From: Bacteroidia bacterium
GTDB lineage: Bacteria; Bacteroidota; Bacteroidia; NS11-12g; UBA955
Assembly (NCBI GenBank): GCA_014376345.1
Contig: JACMRS010000185.1
Span: 1 to 41,089, forward strand
Direction of reading: 5' to 3'
DNA length: 41,089 nucleotides
Shown here: piece after piece, positions 36,720 through 41,089 of the stretch
How the letters are laid out: every line of letters begins with the position of its first letter
Numbering within the stretch: the first letter of the stretch is position 1
The notes under the pieces: generated by a model
Databases searched by the model: none
Seen by the model: the letters and a program-made list of their open reading frames with translations, nothing else
What the model was told of the DNA's origin: nothing
Program-made: the position numbers and the translations under genes

Positions 36720-37565
36720 TTATTTGTAATAATAGCTGTAATTTTTAATTCTGGGATCATACAAGTATTCAGCTGTTTTTTTTATAAAATATTGATTAGA
36801 AAACACTTCCTGAAGGTAAAAGTCTCTTGGAATTATTGATGATAAATATTTCGTAAAATTTAGACTGAATGACTTGAATTTATGATTTTTAAAAGTGCAA
36901 AGCCATGGAAGCATATACGGATTTTCTTTATCAGGATCTTTATTTACATATAAAGTGTCGTTGTTTAAGTTGATGAATTTAATATCAAAAATTGTTATTG
37001 ATGTTGAAAATGAATTAACTTCATAGTCCAGTATTTTTCTGATTGTAATACTCCCTGTGGTATCAATAAATGATTCGTCGGGAATGTTAATTTTATAGAA
37101 ATATTTATCTTTATGAAAATGATTATACCAGTTGTTATTCCTTATCCTGTGGAATTGTGCAATATCATTTTCCGTTATTTTGTAGCTACTAATACCTGCT
37201 ACTTTATTGTGATTAAACACCAGATCGAGCAAAATTGAATCTACAATATTAGTTTCAGTTATATTTTTGAAAATAAATGAATTTGTATCACCATCGCAAT
37301 AATTTGAAAAGTTTTCTGTTTCTGCATGCTTGTCATTTACTTTATAAATTATTTCATTAATATTCCAGTCGAAACATCCGGAATAACCAGCTCTAATGAT
37401 AATTTTATTTATAGGAAAAGAAAGAAAATTGCTGATTGAAGTATTAGGATGATGTTTTTTGTGATCTGATTTAAATAGTGGTTTATGAGTTTGTGTTAAA
37501 ACAGACATCACAAATAAAAGGCAAATAGAAATAGTAAATGCAATTATTACCGGTCCTTTTCCCAT
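36720..37565 (-). CDS. Hypothetical membrane-anchored protein
   Basis: The ATG at 37565 (MGKGPVIIAFTISICLLFV, a single N-terminal TM) is preferred over the GTG at 37604. It overlaps the stop of the upstream gene by 19 nt. Asn, Tyr, Phe and Lys rich, with no known motif. Confidence 0.5.
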   Translation of the reverse strand: MGKGPVIIAFTISICLLFVMSVLTQTHKPLFKSDHKKHHPNTSISNFLSFPINKIIIRAGYSGCFDWNINEIIYKVNDKHAETENFSNYCDGDTNSFIFKNITETNIVDSILLDLVFNHNKVAGISSYKITENDIAQFHRIRNNNWYNHFHKDKYFYKINIPDESFIDTTGSITIRKILDYEVNSFSTSITIFDIKFINLNNDTLYVNKDPDKENPYMLPWLCTFKNHKFKSFSLNFTKYLSSIIPRDFYLQEVFSNQYFIKKTAEYLYDPRIKNYSYYYK

Positions 37566-38176
37566 TTTCTCATAATTCCTCCTTTGCGATTTTCGGTTTT
37601 CCACCCTTTTTCATCCGCCAGTTTAAATACTTTTTTCCTGAGTCTGCGGGGATAAAATATTTTGCGGGATGTTTTACTGACTGTATATTCTGGTAAAATA
37701 TTTATTTTACTCAAAAGATCATAACCCGCTGCACCGCAACGCATGCCAAATAAAGCATAATCATAAGGCGATTGATTAAGATAAAGTTGAGCAATACTGT
37801 CAAAATGTTTCTTTTGATAGGCTGTAACCGGAATGTATACTATCGCTCTTTTAACACTGTCAGCATCGCTGCCGAATATGCTGTAAAAAGTTTCGATACT
37901 GTGAGTTGTAAATGTACTGTGTCTGTCTTTTTTCGGGAAAATGTGGAATTTTCCACTTGGAATAAAATCAATTATTTGACCATTCCCATTTTCAACACCC
38001 ACATGTCCTCCAAGTTTGCCGCCAAACCATTTACTCTCCGACTTTTTGTATTTTTTAAGTGGTTTTGAACCGTAAAGGAAATGAACTTTTATGTAGGCAG
38101 TATCCTGAGAATATAACTTCAGACAGCTTTGCATTAAAAAAGAAAGGATTACTATTGTCTTAAAAAGATGTTTCAT
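37547..38176 (-). CDS. Secreted protein, possibly a permuted papain-fold (YiiX/C92- or NlpC-like) hydrolase
   Basis: Signal peptide. GGHVGV (candidate His) precedes SPYDYALFGMRCGAAGYDLL (candidate Cys). This mirrors the sHvGI ... PYDf.F....YCSELV order of circularly permuted papain-like enzymes. Basic C-terminal tail. Confidence 0.35.
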   Translation of the reverse strand: MKHLFKTIVILSFLMQSCLKLYSQDTAYIKVHFLYGSKPLKKYKKSESKWFGGKLGGHVGVENGNGQIIDFIPSGKFHIFPKKDRHSTFTTHSIETFYSIFGSDADSVKRAIVYIPVTAYQKKHFDSIAQLYLNQSPYDYALFGMRCGAAGYDLLSKINILPEYTVSKTSRKIFYPRRLRKKVFKLADEKGWKTENRKGGIMRKWEKDR

Positions 38177-38419
38177 ATTTAAACTTTCAGTAATTTGATG
38201 TTTGTCTTATTGAAATTTGTTTTAATGAACAGATTTTAAGTTGGGTAAATATTTAAAAAATATTTAATGCACGCATCCTACACAAATTCTGGCCATTATT
38301 TTAAAACTCTCTTTTTTGTATTTTAGTATGCGATTAAGTAGAATGTTAGCCATTTCTTCGTTCATTATCGTTCAGAATATTCATCTTTAAACCCTCTTAT
38401 CTTAAATCAAGGTCTATAT

Positions 38420-38845
38420 TTAATATTTTCTGCCTTCAAGCAATTCAATTGTTTTTTTTATTAAATCCGGAAAACTCACTTTTTCATTTTTATTAAAATC
38501 AAACATCACCATCACATCCCAAGCTTCTGCAACGAGTGTGCCTTTTTCATTATAAATATTATGTGTAATGCTGAAGCTGGTATTTTTAATGTAATCAACA
38601 CTTGATGCTATGATTGCTTTACCGGGATAAAACAGAGGTGCTTTAAAATCACATTTACAGGACGCCAGCATTGGTCCTGTATTGGTTTCTTTGTGTAGTC
38701 TGGATATTCCGGTATGATCCCAGTAATTAACCCGTGCAGCCTGAACATATTTAAAAAAGGATACATTATTTACATGACCGAAATAATCAAGCTCGCTCTA
38801 GTCAATCCTGAGCTCTAATGTTATTTTAAATTTTGAATTAATCAT
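38420..38845 (-). pseudogene. 4HBT/YbgC-like acyl-CoA thioesterase interrupted by one in-frame TAG
   Basis: The reading frame from the ATG at 38843-38845 gives MINSKFKITLELRID*SELDYFGHVNNVSFFKYVQAARVNYWDHTG...MLASCKCDFKAPLFYP.... The TAG at 38798-38800 sits where this family normally has Trp (R..WSE.D..GHVNN). The rest of the frame is intact (142 codons). Confidence 0.7.
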
Positions 38846-38892
38846 TGTTTTCTATTTCAGCATATATTAAACCTTTCTAGTGCATTGGCTTT

Positions 38893-39501
38893 TTATTTTT
38901 TTTCTGAATGTTTAAAATGAAAGTTAAAAGCCGATTTGATAATACCTTTTTTAAATAACTTTTCATCTATCACCATTGATCCTGATATACAGCTATATTC
39001 TGCACTTCCTCCGGAAACCAGGCTATTAAGCTTTATAAATGCATAACATAATCCGTTTATTATCTCAATATTCAACGAGCAATGGGTTGCAATATTACAC
39101 AATGAATAACAGTGGATGCTGTCTTTATTGATTCTTTTAGCAATTAAATAATCAGTGCCTGCATATTCATAGCACCAGGCTTCGCATACCATAGAATGCT
39201 TAATGTGGGTAGTATCTACAATTTTGTAATAAGATTCCATAGAATCTTTCAGAATATGATCATTTGAATCTAGCATTTCCGGCAACCACACCCCGCCATC
39301 AAGCGCACCAATACTTCCATCATTGCGAACTCCGACACTTTCAGGATAGCTCCAAATATTATGAAATGAAAAATCTCCGAGAATTGATTGTGCCCATTTT
39401 ATTTTAACCGGAATTACTTTTGTTTTCGGATATTTCTGGCCATAAATTGTATTTGCAGTTACTACTAAAATTAAAAATATAGAAAGCTTTTTCAACATCA
39501 T
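38893..39501 (-). CDS. Hypothetical secreted Cys-rich protein
   Basis: Signal peptide (LSIFLILVVTANTIYGQ) and about nine Cys residues. One-nt overlap with the upstream gene's stop. Confidence 0.5.
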   Translation of the reverse strand: MMLKKLSIFLILVVTANTIYGQKYPKTKVIPVKIKWAQSILGDFSFHNIWSYPESVGVRNDGSIGALDGGVWLPEMLDSNDHILKDSMESYYKIVDTTHIKHSMVCEAWCYEYAGTDYLIAKRINKDSIHCYSLCNIATHCSLNIEIINGLCYAFIKLNSLVSGGSAEYSCISGSMVIDEKLFKKGIIKSAFNFHFKHSEKK

Positions 39502-40169
39502 TAATTTATCTTCTTCAGAATAACATTTTGAGGCAACTCAAATACTTTTTTATCTATTGTTTTACTTTCAATGTTTTTGATTTCGTAAGCTACCATGTAA
39601 TCCCCGAAATCCATTACCAACTTATAGTATAAACCTTTCATTTTTTGTGCTGAAAGGTCATTAAAATAGTCGTGATAATTTTTATAAAGTTCCGGATCTA
39701 TAAATTCATTGTCTTCAGGATAAAAATACGAAAGTGTGACTTTTCCGCCTCCTTTAACTTCAGTTCCGGTAACGTAAAATCCTTTGCAATCTTTGCCATT
39801 GATTATTTCATTTTCTAATGTGTCACTTTTTTCAAATATCAAGGAGTTATCAGAACAATCAGCATAAATAATGGTGTCGTGTCCATGAAATTTGGCATAG
39901 CATTTATTTTCTTTCTGTTTGTAAATAAAATAGTCGTACCCATGATTTCCTGTTTTTAGATAATCTCTTCTGATATCGCCTTCAGCATTGATTGTTAACT
40001 TCATTGTCTCGCCGTATTTTTCTTTATTGAAGGTATTGTATTCAACATCTTCAGTAAGGCCAACAACCGAAACTTTATAGGTTACAGTTCCCTCAAACTT
40101 TTTATTCTTTCCATTATTGCAACCGCAAATAAATAAAATTATGATTGTTGAATAAATTGTTTTAAGCAT
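39501..40169 (-). CDS. Hypothetical lipoprotein, paralog of 40178-40870 (DUF4412-like FEG.ITYK family)
   Basis: Lipobox LFICGC, followed by FEGTVTYKVSV.... Roughly 40% identical by eye to the adjacent gene along its whole length. Confidence 0.6.
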   Translation of the reverse strand: MLKTIYSTIIILFICGCNNGKNKKFEGTVTYKVSVVGLTEDVEYNTFNKEKYGETMKLTINAEGDIRRDYLKTGNHGYDYFIYKQKENKCYAKFHGHDTIIYADCSDNSLIFEKSDTLENEIINGKDCKGFYVTGTEVKGGGKVTLSYFYPEDNEFIDPELYKNYHDYFNDLSAQKMKGLYYKLVMDFGDYMVAYEIKNIESKTIDKKVFELPQNVILKKIN

Positions 40170-40177
40170 TATAAATA

Positions 40178-40870
40178 TTATTTATAATTTATTACTGGAA
40201 TACCTGACAAGTCAAATATTGATTTATCAAGTTGCTTTTTTTCAATGTTTACAAGTTCATATGTCACTTGATACTCCCCCGTATCCATAATCATTTTATA
40301 ATATGGTCCTTTAATTTTTGCGATTACCTTATCGTAAAAATATATTTTATATTTTTGATAGAATAAAGGATCAATAAATTCATTTTTTTCAGGATAAAAA
40401 TATGTAAGTGTGACTTTCCTTTTAGCCAGTGAATCAATACCAGTCATATAAAATCCTTTGCAGATTACATTGTTTATTGTTTCATTTGAAACATTGTTTT
40501 CATCATAAAATTTTAGTGTGTTTTTTGAGCAATCTGTGCTGATAAGTGTGTCAAAACTGACCAGCTTGACGTAAGCTTTATTTTCTTTTTGATTGTAAAT
40601 GCTGTACTCATAGCCCATTTTGCCCGCATCTTTATAGACTGTTTTATTGTTACCGTTTTTGGTAATATAGAACTTCATTTCTTTGCCAAATCTTTTGCTG
40701 ATATCTTTATCATAAGCACTGTCACCGCTAAATCCGGTAACAGATATTTTATAAGTGATTATTCCTTCAAAAGATTCTTTTTGATCATTGCTACAACCTG
40801 AAAGTATAATGCAGGAGGTTATTGTCAGGTAAATGAATTTTAATAGGTTATTTATTTTGGGTGTTCTCAT
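40178..40870 (-). CDS. Hypothetical lipoprotein, paralog of 39501-40169
   Basis: Lipobox ILSGC, followed by FEGIITYKISV.... Blocks shared with its paralog include KQKENK.Y.K, CKGFY.TG, KVTL.YFYPE.NEFIDP and Y.V.YE..NIE.K..DK..F.L. Confidence 0.6.
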   Translation of the reverse strand: MRTPKINNLLKFIYLTITSCIILSGCSNDQKESFEGIITYKISVTGFSGDSAYDKDISKRFGKEMKFYITKNGNNKTVYKDAGKMGYEYSIYNQKENKAYVKLVSFDTLISTDCSKNTLKFYDENNVSNETINNVICKGFYMTGIDSLAKRKVTLTYFYPEKNEFIDPLFYQKYKIYFYDKVIAKIKGPYYKMIMDTGEYQVTYELVNIEKKQLDKSIFDLSGIPVINYK

Positions 40871-40936
40871 TGTATTATAATATTCAATAAAAAGTCAAAT
40901 ATAAATAAAATTTAAAGACTGTGGAGTTAGTAAATC

Positions 40937-40965
40937 AAAAAGCCCCTTCCGTTACCGGAAAGGGC
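40937..40965 (-). terminator. Rho-independent terminator-like hairpin upstream of the lipoprotein block
   Basis: The minus-strand RNA GCCCUUUCCG-GUAA-CGGAAGGGGC forms a 10-bp stem with one G-U pair, followed by UUUUUGAUUU. No intact ORF is visible between it and the window end. Confidence 0.55.
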
Positions 40966-41089
40966 TTGTAAGCTGAGATGTAAAATATCAGTATTTAATA
41001 ACTTTTTTAAATGTAATCTTATTATTTGCAGCTGTAGCTTTAATAATATTATTGAATTAGGCATTTAGTTAATAATCATTTTATAAGGA

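Noticed and set aside
40988-41053. Minus-strand reading frame ending ...NNIIKATAANNKITFKKVIKY*, which resembles the last strand of a T9SS C-terminal domain and sits just upstream of the terminator at 40937-40965.
   Set aside because: An in-frame TAA lies only 21 codons upstream of the stop, and all three minus-strand frames are closed before the window edge. At best it is a gene remnant, so it is not reportable as a CDS.
1-41089. Search for CRISPR arrays, tRNA or rRNA genes, transposases, integrases, reverse transcriptases and DGR template/variable repeat pairs.
   Set aside because: I saw no regularly spaced direct repeats with unique spacers, no cloverleaf-like or rRNA-like conserved stretches in the intergenic regions, and no ORF with DDE, tyrosine- or serine-recombinase, or RT motifs. 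The only repeat families are those reported at 17-43, 8558-8812 and 13614-16116.

Overview
This is a 41 kb chromosomal segment that looks like a low-GC Bacteroidota genome. The evidence is one large cargo protein with a T9SS C-terminal sorting domain, a PorE-like TPR/beta-propeller/OmpA lipoprotein, TAnnTTTG-type -7 boxes, A-rich leaders without Shine-Dalgarno sites, and many lipoproteins. All family calls come from motif recognition by eye; no BLAST or HMM search was run.

Recognisable housekeeping genes:
- ybaB/ebfC, an M49-like Zn-peptidase, an S41 C-terminal processing peptidase and a GT9 glycosyltransferase.
- rfbA and rfbB, an FKBP isomerase, nrnA, a DinB/YfiT-like protein and a sugar nucleotidyltransferase.
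- rarA, aroQ and an alpha/beta hydrolase.

The most unusual region is a tightly packed minus-strand five-gene operon (22751 down to 16120). It encodes an Rv1355c-like E1(ThiF)/tandem-nitroreductase fusion, an orphan 228-aa protein with a possible GNAT-like acyltransferase fold, a 7TMR-DISM sensor kinase, a REC-histidine-kinase hybrid and a stand-alone REC. A paralogous stand-alone REC is transcribed divergently. No output domain is visible anywhere in this cluster.

Other notable items:
- Four arrays of an AATTACG-type repeat bracket a frameshifted four-helix-bundle (23S-IVS-type) gene and a three-gene cassette (Vsr/DUF559-like nuclease-fold protein, REC, XRE HTH).
- A structured ~115-125 bp intergenic element occurs twice in tandem, and its head motif occurs a third time at the window start.
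- The PorE-like protein carries a ~340-aa C-terminal extension that looks like two catalytically dead retropepsin-like domains.
- A thioesterase gene is interrupted by an in-frame TAG at a conserved Trp position.
- Two visibly A+T-rich blocks encode orphan secreted, lipoprotein or membrane proteins.

I saw no rRNA, tRNA, CRISPR array, transposase or integrase.
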